DNA of 26,329 nt from a virus (lineage: Duplodnaviria; Caudoviricetes): IMG/VR virus record IMGVR_UViG_3300011337_000037, positions 1-26,329 of that record. One strand, written 5' to 3'. Position numbers and translations under genes: made by a program. Below are positions 6,418-16,801 of the stretch, in pieces. A model generated the notes under the pieces. It made no database searches. It was not told the origin of the DNA and saw only the letters and a program-made list of their open reading frames with translations. Every line of letters begins with the position of its first letter. Position 1 is the first letter of the stretch.

Positions 6418-8590
6418 GTATAGACAAAGGGATTTTCCCTCTTGAGGCTTCCATTAACAAAGCACTTATGTCTCTCGTTGTGCGATCTAACCCAAGTTGA
6501 TCGTTAGAACCTTGTTGCGCCATTGATCTACCCATCAAATCTTTCAATTCTTGATTAAAAATGGCTTGGCGTTGTTGATCAATTGTTGATGTTGGTTCTG
6601 GCGGTTGACCACCAAGTTCTGCGGGCATTTGCCATTTTGGTAGTTCAGTAGATGGGGATTCCAACTCTGGTGGCATAACCCATTGCATCGGCGCTTCTGG
6701 TGGCTGTTGCTCAACAGTTTGCTCACTAGGAGTTGAAACTACACCACCAGTTACCAATGGGCGCAAATCATCAAGTGATTTAGCAGATAACATAACTGCA
6801 CGACCAGCTTTTGTATCAAATACGGATCGAGATAGCGCTTCAATAGCTCTGTTAACAGGAACTGCCGCAATAGCCGCACCTGGCGCACCACCAACTGCCG
6901 CACCAACACCAACACGCATACCTTGCGTTACAGCTTCATCTAGTCCAGAACCAGCCTGTTGGCGAGTCATGGAGCTTGTTAGGAAGCTATATTTATTTAA
7001 CAAAGTATCTAAGTTTTCGTCAACAAATGGCTGTAGATTAGTTTTTCTTGATTGCAAGAATGTAGAAAACTTAATTGGATTAAATTCACCAGTTCCAACG
7101 TCTGTTGCTTCTTTTCTAGCAGTTGCAAATGTAGCTGCAGCCACATCTTGACGAACATCAGGTGGCAAAACCTTAGAAATCATCATTGCCGCCCGTTTAG
7201 CGCCTTCTTGTCCTGTTGATTCAGCAGAAACAATCCGACCAACCAACTTAGAAATATCTGTTTTTAGTTCGCCAGAATTAGGATCTTTAATCATTGTGAT
7301 TGCTAAATCAGCATCACGCAAAGGAATAACATTTCCTCTCCAGAATGATCGAGCTGATTGGAAAGCATCAGAAACAGATTGATTTTGAGTCAAAGACTGA
7401 CCCCATTTCTCAATATCTCTGTCCATTGCTTCTAAAACTTCGTTTAAACGAGTTGTTTCTTTAGCACCAAACTTATTCTGCGCTTTAGCAACTGACAAAG
7501 CATCAGTTAAACCTTCTCGTGCTTTACGAATATCAGAAAAAGTAAAGTCTACTGGCCCTTTAATTTCTGGAATAAATGGTTTTCCACCTTCGCTAACAAT
7601 CAATCCAGCTTCTTGTTTAACCTCTTCTTTACCTAATTTTGTACCAAAAGACGTTAGTTTGTTTTGTAAATCAGGTCTTTCAAGAACTTTAAAAAGATCA
7701 CCATAGTCAGAAATTACTTTATCAACAGCTGCTTCAGTCTCTGTAGGGCGAATCTTTGATAGGTTATTTGCACTAGCAAGAACATCTAACTTTTCATAAA
7801 GTTTATTGCCTTCTTTTGTAGCGTTTGTGTAGTTTGTTTCAACAGCTTTGGTAATGTTTTCACCAGCTTTTCCTGAGTACTGAGCACCACCAGTGATAGC
7901 CTTCTCTACAGTACCACCAGCCTTTTGGAGTTCTTTTGCATTCTGCTTTAGACTTTTTGCAACGCCACCAGCTCTCAATCTGTTCATTGCTTCAGCCGCA
8001 CGAGTAGCATCGCTACCAGTAAAATCTCCAAGTAGTTTAGGGCTAATTCCTAAAGAAGCAGAAGCATCTTTTACTGCTTGAATATTGGTCTTGAAATCAA
8101 AGTTAGTGACTTTTTCTATTGGACGACTAAGCGCTCCAACAGCCGCAGTTGCACCTCCACTAATAAGAGCGCCTTTAGCAATGGCCTCTTGTCTGCTTTC
8201 ACCTTCTTTAACAGTCTTAGTAACGCCTTCCCAAAGACCCCCAAATAAACCTTGTTTCAATATTTGAGCAACTTTGCCACCAGCACCAAACCAACCCAAA
8301 GTAGAGGCGGGAGCAGCAATGATTAACTCGCCAACAATCTCACCTGCCGCACCAATTACTTTATTGTCATAAGACAAACGATCTGGTTGTTTGGCAAGTT
8401 GAGCGTTAAATTTATCAAGTGTTTCCTGTTTTGTTAAACCAGTCATAGTGCCGAGTTCAAGCACCGATTGCATGATTCCTTCAGCAAGTTCATTGGCTTT
8501 GTTAACTTTACCTTTTTCAAAGTCAGTCAGGTACTTCTGTTGCAATTTGTCTGCATCAGTTTTATTTTTCCATTCATCAAACAATCCCAT
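6413..8590 (-). CDS. Large internal virion / DNA ejection protein (putative)
   Basis: 725 aa, helical with G/A-rich hydrophobic patches; last of three large genes after the tail genes, as in podoviruses. Confidence 0.6.
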   Translation of the reverse strand: MGLFDEWKNKTDADKLQQKYLTDFEKGKVNKANELAEGIMQSVLELGTMTGLTKQETLDKFNAQLAKQPDRLSYDNKVIGAAGEIVGELIIAAPASTLGWFGAGGKVAQILKQGLFGGLWEGVTKTVKEGESRQEAIAKGALISGGATAAVGALSRPIEKVTNFDFKTNIQAVKDASASLGISPKLLGDFTGSDATRAAEAMNRLRAGGVAKSLKQNAKELQKAGGTVEKAITGGAQYSGKAGENITKAVETNYTNATKEGNKLYEKLDVLASANNLSKIRPTETEAAVDKVISDYGDLFKVLERPDLQNKLTSFGTKLGKEEVKQEAGLIVSEGGKPFIPEIKGPVDFTFSDIRKAREGLTDALSVAKAQNKFGAKETTRLNEVLEAMDRDIEKWGQSLTQNQSVSDAFQSARSFWRGNVIPLRDADLAITMIKDPNSGELKTDISKLVGRIVSAESTGQEGAKRAAMMISKVLPPDVRQDVAAATFATARKEATDVGTGEFNPIKFSTFLQSRKTNLQPFVDENLDTLLNKYSFLTSSMTRQQAGSGLDEAVTQGMRVGVGAAVGGAPGAAIAAVPVNRAIEALSRSVFDTKAGRAVMLSAKSLDDLRPLVTGGVVSTPSEQTVEQQPPEAPMQWVMPPELESPSTELPKWQMPAELGGQPPEPTSTIDQQRQAIFNQELKDLMGRSMAQQGSNDQLGLDRTTRDISALLMEASRGKIPLSIQ

Positions 8591-8601
8591 GACTCAACTC
8601 C

Positions 8602-9918
8602 TTATAGTTTATTCATAGAGCGCAAGTAATCTTCAGCCTCTTTTCGAGTTGGTTTGTCGCCATTTGCTTTAATGAAAAGATCAATCTTTTGTTCCCTAGA
8701 TAATTCAGTAGGTTTAGATTGTGTTTTCTGTGGAACAGATGGTGTTGGTTGTTTTTCCTGAGTAGTCGGTTGTTCAACAGGAGCAGTTGGTTTCCCTTGA
8801 GACTGTAAAGCACCTTTTTTTGCAAGAAGTTCTGCTTCAAGTTTTTTCTCAGTTCTTTCCAATCCTTCAATTGCTCCAATCATTCTTGCTTGACTCAAAA
8901 ATGTTGTATCACTTGCAATTTGATCTTTAGCTCGAGTAGCATCTCCTTCTGTTTGCGTACCTTTAGCCATTAAAAGTAAAGTATTTACACGCTCAGTTAA
9001 AGCACGTTTAATCTCATCTTTCTTAACTTGACCACCTTGTTCTTTAAATCCAAATGCTGGCGGTATTATTGCGCCAAGGAAATCAAAGGTGTTATCTTTA
9101 GCGTTATATTTAACTTCATTTGATTTTAATGAAGTAAGGAAAGATTGCAATTCTGGAGCTGATTGTTCGAGCTTTTTAAGATTAGCATCAATTACACCAA
9201 TTTCTGTCTGTGATCCAGAAGGAAGATTTCCAGTAGTTGCTTGCTGAACAGTTGGTTTTGGAACTGTAGTAGGTTTCTCTTCGCTAAAAGCACCCATTGC
9301 TTTATAAGTCAATGGAAATGCTTTTGAAGGATCTGTAGCGGCTTGAGTAACCATTTGACCACTAGCTTGATCAAAATAACTACGAGGTTTAGAAAGCATC
9401 TGACCAGCTATGTTTGCATCAGAAAGCTCTATTTGAGAAGGTGTTTCACCAGCAGCAATCTTAGTCTCAATATTCCGTAAAGTTGTAATATATCGCTCAT
9501 CACCCGTAAGTTTATTTGGTTGCATTGCTTTTAATAATTGAGCATTTTGTACGGCAATCCTTCCAGATGACTCTTGTAGTGATTTTGCACGATCAACAAG
9601 TCCTGCCGCCAATTGAGGATTACCCATTTGACTGGCAATTTTTGCACCTTCAAGCAATGATTTAGGGTTTGTTAAATCAAGACCTCTAAGCAACTGATCT
9701 TGTTGTGTGATGCGATTTAGCATTGGGTCTTCTACACCCATCAAACCCGCTACACCACGACCTAATTGACCAACACTAGCTTGTAGACCCGCTTGAGCAG
9801 CCGCACCAGGAGAGAGTTGGGCTAACTCATAACCACGCTTCAAATCTTGTTGATACTGTTGGTTTTGATACATCTCAGGAGTCAAACCAAAAAGACCCGC
9901 TACCATACTATCTGCCAT
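8602..9918 (-). CDS. Internal virion / ejection protein (putative)
   Basis: 438 aa, Q/A-rich helical N-terminus; gene position. Confidence 0.6.
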   Translation of the reverse strand: MADSMVAGLFGLTPEMYQNQQYQQDLKRGYELAQLSPGAAAQAGLQASVGQLGRGVAGLMGVEDPMLNRITQQDQLLRGLDLTNPKSLLEGAKIASQMGNPQLAAGLVDRAKSLQESSGRIAVQNAQLLKAMQPNKLTGDERYITTLRNIETKIAAGETPSQIELSDANIAGQMLSKPRSYFDQASGQMVTQAATDPSKAFPLTYKAMGAFSEEKPTTVPKPTVQQATTGNLPSGSQTEIGVIDANLKKLEQSAPELQSFLTSLKSNEVKYNAKDNTFDFLGAIIPPAFGFKEQGGQVKKDEIKRALTERVNTLLLMAKGTQTEGDATRAKDQIASDTTFLSQARMIGAIEGLERTEKKLEAELLAKKGALQSQGKPTAPVEQPTTQEKQPTPSVPQKTQSKPTELSREQKIDLFIKANGDKPTRKEAEDYLRSMNKL

Positions 9919-9929
9919 GATATTTCCTC

Positions 9930-11936
9930 TTAGAAGTACAGCGAACCAAAAAACTCGCCTGTTGATGGGTCTACACCAGTTCCATATTGACCATAACTAA
10001 ATCCGCTTTTTGGAGTTCCAAACAATCCCTTTATAGCATTGCCAAACATTGCATTAGGATTACCTGCCGCAATCAACCCTTGAGCCGCTAAGTTTCTTGT
10101 TGCATCAGCACTTGTAGCCAAATTTGTACTCAATTGAGCGCCTGTCAAACCAAGTCTTCCAACATTAGCACCCGCTTGAGCCGCTTGTTGACCAAGACCT
10201 ATTCCCATAGTCAATGGTTGCTGACCAAGAGCCTCAAGCCCTTGAACTTGTCCAGAAGCAGTTGTATAGGGTGCATAAGCCGCTTGCTGACCACCATAGT
10301 ACTGACCCATTGCACCAGCACCTTGACCAAGCAATCCTGCACCAAATTGAACCTGTTGTTGACCCGCTTGTTGAGCATTAGCCGCCAATTGAGCCTCTTG
10401 CATTGCACGAGCGTTATACAGAGCCTGTAACTCAGGAGTCGTAGCACCATAAGAGCCACCTTGAGCAACAGAAAGACCCGAACGACCTTGTTGTTGCAGT
10501 CTGTTTTGCAGATTAGCCAATTCCATCTCTCTGCCTGGTTGCAATAAAGCCATCTGTTGATTTAGATAATTTTGAGCAACATCTTGAGGACTTTGAGCTA
10601 AGTACTGATTACCAAGGTTAAACAAGGATTGAGCGCCTGTTTGCAAAGGAGCAAATTGTGCTTGTGCTTGTTCTGCTTGTGTTAGACCTTGATTCTGTAA
10701 AGCAACAAATCTATCTTGTTGTGCTTTAGCTTCAGGAGTTAAGGTATACCCTGCGCTAACCAATTGACCAGTTGTAGGATCAACTTTGAACTCAGAAGTG
10801 CCAAACCTAGTAGTCATGCCAACAGGTCTAAACTGTGCGGATTGTTTAGCGGCAGCAGTCTCAGCTTCAATCATTGCTTGGGCTTTTTGAGCCGCTTCTT
10901 TTGATTGTTGCATTTGAAGCAAGTTGCCAGCAGTTCCTAAACCACCAGAAATAAGATTGCTTAATCCACCAGTCACAGCACCTCCCAAAGCACCACCTAA
11001 AGATGATAAAGCACCAGAAGCCAATGCACCACCAACAGTACCAGCCGCAGGTAATGCAGAACTCAATAAACCGCCAGCAGTAGAGGCTACAGCGGGAGCG
11101 ACAGCAGGTGCTACAGTAGATGCCACAGGAGCTACTGCTGAAGCAATAGAAGGAGCAATAGCAGCAGGGGTAGAAAGAAGACCACCAGTTATCGCATCTG
11201 TTGCTCCAAATGCTCCAACGCCCGCATTAGCTGACTCAAAAGCCGCTAAATTAGCCGCTACTTCTGGAGCAACAGCGGCAAGAGGTGTTGTGCTAGAAAG
11301 CAATCCACTTGCTGTAGCAGTTTCACCTCCCAATTGAGATAAAAGGGTTTCTGTTGAAATACCAGAAGCCGCAGCACCAGTAGCCGCACCTGCATTTAAG
11401 ATGGTTGGCAATCCAAGGAGTACTCCAGCGCCTATTGCAAACTCTTTTAAACCGCTTTTAACTTCTTGTTGAGTGCCAGTTTTCTCTACTTCACCAGAAG
11501 GCGTGTATTGGGTATACGCTCCACCTGCCTTGTTTTCAGTTTCTTTGTAGGTAATAACATTCTCAAGCCCACCAACCTGTTCACTCTCACCAGAGCCAGT
11601 AAATTGATATACGGGCTGAATAATGGTGTCTCCAAGGGTAACAGTTTGTCCTTGAGGTACTGTAGCCGCCACCCTAGAAACAATCTGACCCTCTGGCACA
11701 CCAATAGCTTCAGCAAGTTGTGTTGGAGAAATGCCATAAGCCTCCATTGATTTGACAATCTGATTGTCAGTAATGTTTGGATTAGCAAGTAATATTTCAA
11801 CAAATTGCTGACTATTGATAGGACTGTTTTGTGGTTCTACACTAGACAACGAGTCAATAGGTTCAAGATAATTAGAAGATGAATCTTCTGCATTAAATCT
11901 TCTTAATTCTGATTGTCTTGGGAACATGGTAGCCAT
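9930..11936 (-). CDS. Internal virion / DNA transfer (pilot-like) protein (putative)
   Basis: 668 aa with a long G/A-rich hydrophobic middle and a Q-rich C-terminal half, typical of podovirus ejection proteins. Confidence 0.6.
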   Translation of the reverse strand: MATMFPRQSELRRFNAEDSSSNYLEPIDSLSSVEPQNSPINSQQFVEILLANPNITDNQIVKSMEAYGISPTQLAEAIGVPEGQIVSRVAATVPQGQTVTLGDTIIQPVYQFTGSGESEQVGGLENVITYKETENKAGGAYTQYTPSGEVEKTGTQQEVKSGLKEFAIGAGVLLGLPTILNAGAATGAAASGISTETLLSQLGGETATASGLLSSTTPLAAVAPEVAANLAAFESANAGVGAFGATDAITGGLLSTPAAIAPSIASAVAPVASTVAPAVAPAVASTAGGLLSSALPAAGTVGGALASGALSSLGGALGGAVTGGLSNLISGGLGTAGNLLQMQQSKEAAQKAQAMIEAETAAAKQSAQFRPVGMTTRFGTSEFKVDPTTGQLVSAGYTLTPEAKAQQDRFVALQNQGLTQAEQAQAQFAPLQTGAQSLFNLGNQYLAQSPQDVAQNYLNQQMALLQPGREMELANLQNRLQQQGRSGLSVAQGGSYGATTPELQALYNARAMQEAQLAANAQQAGQQQVQFGAGLLGQGAGAMGQYYGGQQAAYAPYTTASGQVQGLEALGQQPLTMGIGLGQQAAQAGANVGRLGLTGAQLSTNLATSADATRNLAAQGLIAAGNPNAMFGNAIKGLFGTPKSGFSYGQYGTGVDPSTGEFFGSLYF

Positions 11937-11974
11937 AATTCTTACTCCACTCTAGGGATTTGTACTTCTAAACT

Positions 11975-12268
11975 TTACCAAGGTGTACCAGATGCTTTAA
12001 CAGGATTCTTGAGCAAATCAATCTGAGCCGCCAAAGATGACTCTGTAGCACTCTTGTCTACAGATTCCCACACCCAACCTAATACAGTTGATTCTGTAAG
12101 GTCAGAATAAGGAACAGTAATAGTTCCTTCAGGCCATGAGGCTGTTGCGTAGCAAGAGGCAGAGTGTTCTCCGTCTACTGCGCTAACTTGCCAATGACAG
12201 CAATAAACAAAGCCGTCTGATGTATTTCGGTCAAGATTTGAGACTGACCAGTTGTATGTAATAGCCAT
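11975..12268 (-). CDS. Small tail-fibre-associated protein
   Basis: MAITYNWSV...PYSDLTESTVLGWV...GTPW, directly after the tail fibre gene. Confidence 0.65.
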   Translation of the reverse strand: MAITYNWSVSNLDRNTSDGFVYCCHWQVSAVDGEHSASCYATASWPEGTITVPYSDLTESTVLGWVWESVDKSATESSLAAQIDLLKNPVKASGTPW

Positions 12269-12282
12269 GATTTTCCTTTAAG

Positions 12283-13848
12283 TTAAATGCCAGCGTCTGC
12301 TAGGCGTTTACGAAGTGATTGAATTTCCTTGACCAACATTGGTACAAGTTTGGAGTAATCCACAGCCATCATTTGTTCTGTGTCTTCTGGTTGATGTACT
12401 GCTTCTGGAGCAACAGTTACCAATTCTTGAGCAACAAAACCTGCACGCTGATGTTCTTGGCTTGTTTTCCAATCAAAACTACGAACTTTAATAGAATCAA
12501 TCACGCTACCAAACTCGGGTGCATCAACAATGTTTTCTTTTAGGCGTTGGTCAGAAGTTGTGTTGTACAGAACTGCTGTTGTTCCAGATTGGGTGATAGA
12601 GCCAATCATTCCACTTGCATAATTGAATGTCGCAAAGTAATTTCCAGAAGCAACACCTGTATCGTGACCAATTGCAATACCACCAATTGAATTGGATGAG
12701 CCTGACCAAAGTTGAACACCACGAGCAGGAGAATTGCTGATAGTAGTTGAGTTGACAAATAGGTTACCGCTTGAGTCTATACGGGCACGTTCTGTGTAAG
12801 CCGAGCCGTTATAGCCTTGAAATACGAAAGCAGCAGCACCACCAGACTCTTCAACCCCTCCAAGGTACAACTCAAAAGAACTACCTTGAGAAAAGTTTAT
12901 ACCTGTTGTTGCGCCAGAAGCCCCGCCACCATTTAATGCAATTCTTGCACTGCCTCCGTTATATGCTGTGGCGCTGTATGCAGGTGTTGCTGTAGAAGTA
13001 AAATATGATGTTGCTGCTGTTGCACCGCTACTAACGTGGAGTTTATAACTGGGTGAACTTGTACCAATACCCAAGTTACCGCTTGAGTCTATACGGGCAC
13101 GTTCTGTTGGCGTGCCAGAACCAGTTAGGAATGTAATAACTCCAGTTGTGGAAATTTCTGCTCCACTAACATTGTTCTCAGGGGTGATGTAAGCAGTAGA
13201 TGAATATTTCAACAACTTGCCAGCACCAAGAGAAATATCTCCAGTAGTCGCTAAGTTCGTACCATCAAAAGTAAGCGCAGAACCGCTTGTAACAACCTTA
13301 GATCCGTTTAAATAAGCAACACCATTAACAGTACCTCCAGAGAGGGTTACAGCACCAGATGCTGACAAAGTAGTGAAAGCACCAGTCGTAGGAGTTGTAG
13401 CACCAACAGTACCATTGATGTTAAAACTTGTTGCTGTACCAGTAATGTTTGTGCCTACCAATGCAGATGGCGTTCCAAGGGCCGGAGTTACTAAAGTGGG
13501 GCTTGTTGCCAAAACATTGTTACCAGAACCTGTATTGGTCACAGAAACAACATTCTTACTTGAATCCAATGCCAAAGCAGTAGATGCTGTCAATCCAGAC
13601 AATGTCGTTGTTCCAGATGCAGCCAAAGTAGTAAACGCACCAGTGTCAGGAGTAGTCGCTCCAATGGTTGTGTCGTTAATAGTTCCACCAGTTATCGCAG
13701 CAGAAGCATTGTCTGTCTTCGTAGCAATAGCAGTAGCAATATTGTTGTACTCAGTATCAATCTCAGTACCACGAACAATCTTGAGTGGATCGCCAGGAGT
13801 TAGATTGTCTTTGGTAGCGAAATTAGTGCTTTTTGTGTAATTAGACAT
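12283..13848 (-). CDS. Tail fibre/spike with C-terminal intramolecular chaperone (Peptidase S74-like)
   Basis: N-terminal anchor (EIDTEYNNIATAI), T/G/S-rich shaft, ERARIDSSGN repeats, and TSDQRLKENI...GFVAQE...VDYSKLVPMLVKEIQ autocleavage domain. Confidence 0.85.
   Translation of the reverse strand: MSNYTKSTNFATKDNLTPGDPLKIVRGTEIDTEYNNIATAIATKTDNASAAITGGTINDTTIGATTPDTGAFTTLAASGTTTLSGLTASTALALDSSKNVVSVTNTGSGNNVLATSPTLVTPALGTPSALVGTNITGTATSFNINGTVGATTPTTGAFTTLSASGAVTLSGGTVNGVAYLNGSKVVTSGSALTFDGTNLATTGDISLGAGKLLKYSSTAYITPENNVSGAEISTTGVITFLTGSGTPTERARIDSSGNLGIGTSSPSYKLHVSSGATAATSYFTSTATPAYSATAYNGGSARIALNGGGASGATTGINFSQGSSFELYLGGVEESGGAAAFVFQGYNGSAYTERARIDSSGNLFVNSTTISNSPARGVQLWSGSSNSIGGIAIGHDTGVASGNYFATFNYASGMIGSITQSGTTAVLYNTTSDQRLKENIVDAPEFGSVIDSIKVRSFDWKTSQEHQRAGFVAQELVTVAPEAVHQPEDTEQMMAVDYSKLVPMLVKEIQSLRKRLADAGI
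12763..13107. repeat. Exact 33-nt direct repeat pair in the tail fibre gene
   Basis: GTTACCGCTTGAGTCTATACGGGCACGTTCTGT at 12763-12795 and 13075-13107, 312 nt apart and in frame. Confidence 0.9.
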
Positions 13849-13850
13849 AT

Positions 13851-15395
13851 TTAAGATACCTTCCCGTTCTTAGATTGAATCTCAATCTTCTGAATTGATA
13901 ATTGAACACCATTGATTGTAGTTTCGTAACCAGTTTGAACAATCTTGCCCGCACCAGAAGCATTTACATCCAATGTCTTAATCAAAACACCACCAGAGTA
14001 TTCTGCTATTCCATATTCAGCAAGACCATACTCATAGTTCTGTTGTTCAGGAATGTAAGCATTGCCCGACAAATAGTTGGCGGCAAAGTCAAATCCCCAC
14101 TTAATCGTCACAAACTGGTTTGAACCACCAATGATGATTGTCTTAATCCTCTTTAGAACAGAGATCTGATTCTCATTGCCTAAATCTGCATGGTTTGTGT
14201 AGTAAGACATCCTGTAAGTAGAAGTGTGATCTAAGTAACTCTCATACTCACCGATATAACCATTCTTACCAATATACAAGTCACCATTACGCAAAGAATA
14301 CAATGATGTAGGATTGATTGAATCCCACTTTGTAATTCGAGATGAACCATCTTGTAGTTGCATCTTTGTATCAAAACAATACACTTGTTGAGATACTGGC
14401 ATTGTCAACAAATAAAAGCCATTCTTTTCTGAGTAAACAGATTTAAGATTGCCCAAGGTTTCAATAGCCAAAGAAGATATTAAATCAGACCTAACATTTT
14501 TAGATAAGTCTCGCAAAGGGGCAGACTTCTCTTGAATAGTCCTCATCAAAGAACGTACACCAGAGTCTGATAAGAAAATAACATCAGTACCAATGCTCTG
14601 AATTGAGTCTCTAGCAATACATCCAATTGACCCTACTGTGTCACTTAACTGAAGCGTTGCAGGAGTTGTTGCACCAGAGTAAACAAGAATCTGACGCTTG
14701 CCAAAGATAAACAAGAAATCATTGTGAGCCGCCAAGCCCATCACTTCATCAGAACCATTAGGCCATACCCTAGAAACATCTAAAGTACCAGTAGTGCCAC
14801 CACCCCACACATGACCTGCAATCAGATCAGAGAAGGTAATCGTAACCTTGTCAGTTGTAGTATTAGCAACCCACAAGCGACCAAATGCAGAAATGCAAAT
14901 GTTTGCTGAAGGAACTGTTCCTACATAACCAGTTTTCTCTGAAACTCTACGATAAGTAGTAGTACTTACAGCAGGGTCAAATATGAGAGGATCGTGTCCT
15001 GATTGAAAGAAATAAGTAATCCCATTCAAAGAAGCACAATGCCAGTTATTAGCAGTAATAGTAGGAGCGCTACCACCACCTCCATAAGTCAATTCAGTAA
15101 CAGCATTGGAAGTACCAAGTTTGAATAACTTATTGTTGCCAGAAAACAACACAGTTAAAGTGCCATCAATTTGCACTAACTCATGGATTACAGCTACATC
15201 ATTAGCACCAAGATTACCAGAAGAGGAGTTAACCCTAGTCCAACCTTTTCTTGAGCCAATACGACCATATTGATCAATCACGCAATTGGTGGCAACCAAA
15301 GCAAAACCAGAAGACAAATCCAATGGAGAGTCTTGCGTATTCAGGCCATAAAAGCCTGGTGCGCTTATGCTATTACTTTGTAGTGGAGCTGCCAT
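13851..15395 (-). CDS. Tail nozzle / stabilisation protein (tail tubular B / P22 gp10-like)
   Basis: 514 aa, beta-propeller-like, with GFYGLNT N-terminus and GCIARDSIQ...VIFLSDSGV motif; follows the adaptor gene. Confidence 0.75.
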   Translation of the reverse strand: MAAPLQSNSISAPGFYGLNTQDSPLDLSSGFALVATNCVIDQYGRIGSRKGWTRVNSSSGNLGANDVAVIHELVQIDGTLTVLFSGNNKLFKLGTSNAVTELTYGGGGSAPTITANNWHCASLNGITYFFQSGHDPLIFDPAVSTTTYRRVSEKTGYVGTVPSANICISAFGRLWVANTTTDKVTITFSDLIAGHVWGGGTTGTLDVSRVWPNGSDEVMGLAAHNDFLFIFGKRQILVYSGATTPATLQLSDTVGSIGCIARDSIQSIGTDVIFLSDSGVRSLMRTIQEKSAPLRDLSKNVRSDLISSLAIETLGNLKSVYSEKNGFYLLTMPVSQQVYCFDTKMQLQDGSSRITKWDSINPTSLYSLRNGDLYIGKNGYIGEYESYLDHTSTYRMSYYTNHADLGNENQISVLKRIKTIIIGGSNQFVTIKWGFDFAANYLSGNAYIPEQQNYEYGLAEYGIAEYSGGVLIKTLDVNASGAGKIVQTGYETTINGVQLSIQKIEIQSKNGKVS

Positions 15396-16039
15396 TAGAC
15401 CGCCACAAAGTTGTCTTCAGGGTAACGAGTGCTTTCCAACGCAATAGCATCAGATAGCATTCCACGAAACAAAGCATAAGCCTCTGAACTTGCCGTACCG
15501 CCATCTTCACCACGTTCAATTAAAGCACGAGCATAAGCACTCTGAGTCACCAAATAGTCTAATACCTTTACAGATGTGCCATCAGCAGACAAAGCCGCTT
15601 GTGGGATGGTCAAATCAAACAACAGAGTAAAAGCACCAGAAGGAACAGGAAACAAGTCTACTTTTGTGTCTCCATTACCATCCACACCGCTAAAGCAGAA
15701 CTCTGATGGAATAGACTGTGAAGGTGCGCCAAGGTTCAATTTGCGGTTCATGTCCACAAACTCAATGTTCCGAAGACCAATTAAACTTGTTGTGTTAAGC
15801 GCATCATTGATACGGAACTTCTGTCCCGCACCTGTCAAAGCATAAGAACTCGTGGCAGCAGTAGTCGTTACTGTGATTGCTTGAGTAAGACAATTCCAGT
15901 TGTAAGAGTCTTCAATCTGTCTCTTAGCATCATTGACAAACTTGCCGATCAAAGCAGAATAGTTAGTCTCTGAAACAGTTGAAACATTTGTCTCACGCAA
16001 TCGTGTCAATACATCGTTGACAAGCTCTAAGTAGGTCAT
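15395..16039 (-). CDS. Head-tail adaptor (tail tubular protein A-like)
   Basis: MTYLELVNDVLTRLRE...VNDAKRQIED..NW N-terminus is typical of podovirus adaptors. Confidence 0.78.
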   Translation of the reverse strand: MTYLELVNDVLTRLRETNVSTVSETNYSALIGKFVNDAKRQIEDSYNWNCLTQAITVTTTAATSSYALTGAGQKFRINDALNTTSLIGLRNIEFVDMNRKLNLGAPSQSIPSEFCFSGVDGNGDTKVDLFPVPSGAFTLLFDLTIPQAALSADGTSVKVLDYLVTQSAYARALIERGEDGGTASSEAYALFRGMLSDAIALESTRYPEDNFVAV

Positions 16040-16371
16040 GTTCTTTGCGCTCCTGAAACCTCAAATGTGGCAATAAAACTAAAGGTACTTCCAGCTTCAG
16101 TCGTAATTTGAATCTTATCGCCTTCTTCTAAAACAATATAAGCATTGCCATCAAATTGAAGGTATGCTTTTGAAGTAAAGTTGTATTCAGTCAGGATGTC
16201 GTAGGAAGTGGCGGCACTTGCATCATTCCACACCACAGTAATGTGTTTTGTCGATCCACCAATATTGTGGATATACATGACTGTAAATTTGGCGTAGTAA
16301 CCCGTAGGAACTGTATAAACAGTAGTTAGCGTATTAGCTACAGGTTCAACTCCAACGGATACTGGTCTCAT
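16036..16371 (-). CDS. Putative beta-sandwich virion protein
   Basis: TTVYTVPTG...IVLEEGDKI pattern of small phage structural proteins. Confidence 0.6.
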   Translation of the reverse strand: MRPVSVGVEPVANTLTTVYTVPTGYYAKFTVMYIHNIGGSTKHITVVWNDASAATSYDILTEYNFTSKAYLQFDGNAYIVLEEGDKIQITTEAGSTFSFIATFEVSGAQRT

Positions 16372-16658
16372 TTGTTCCTCTTAGAGATCGCTTTAGCTTT
16401 TGCTTTAGCGTCTTCCTTGGACGTTGCGCCCCAAGCTCTAAGAGAAAGTAAAAGTCGGGTAGGCTTTCCATCTTTCATCTCAGCGCCAGGCATATTGCCC
16501 ATACGTGCTAAAAAGGATGCCCTACGAGGGTTGTCTCCCGACTTTACTGGTGGTTTTAAATTGCCACCCGTTTCTGCATTATACGATGCTCTACCTTTGG
16601 CATTCAAGCCCCCTGACGCAGATTTTCCTTCTTTTCTTTGCCAAGCAGGAGATTTCAT
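16368..16658 (-). CDS. Small basic phage protein
   Basis: WQRKEGKSASGGLNAKGRASY...RRASFLARM; strongly basic; ATGA-coupled. Confidence 0.75.
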   Translation of the reverse strand: MKSPAWQRKEGKSASGGLNAKGRASYNAETGGNLKPPVKSGDNPRRASFLARMGNMPGAEMKDGKPTRLLLSLRAWGATSKEDAKAKAKAISKRNK

Positions 16659-16801
16659 TTCTTCTTTGCGGTCTTAGCCGCAGCCTTAAATGCCGCCTCA
16701 GTAGGAGCACCTTTAGAACCAACCTTACGCATCTTTTCTTTAGAACCCGCCTTGATACGTTCTTGTTTGGCATTGATGTTAGCGTATAGACCTTGTTTCA
16801 T
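16655..16801 (-). CDS. Small basic protein (48 aa)
   Basis: Manual translation MKQGLYANINAKQERIKAGSKEKMRKVGSKGAPTEAAFKAAAKTAKKK*, with ATGA overlaps on both sides. Confidence 0.75.
   Translation of the reverse strand: MKQGLYANINAKQERIKAGSKEKMRKVGSKGAPTEAAFKAAAKTAKKK

Noticed and set aside
10924-13840. Antisense ORFs 10924-11337 and 13373-13840
   Set aside because: They mirror A/G/T-rich low-complexity coding sequence on the minus strand and have no independent evidence.
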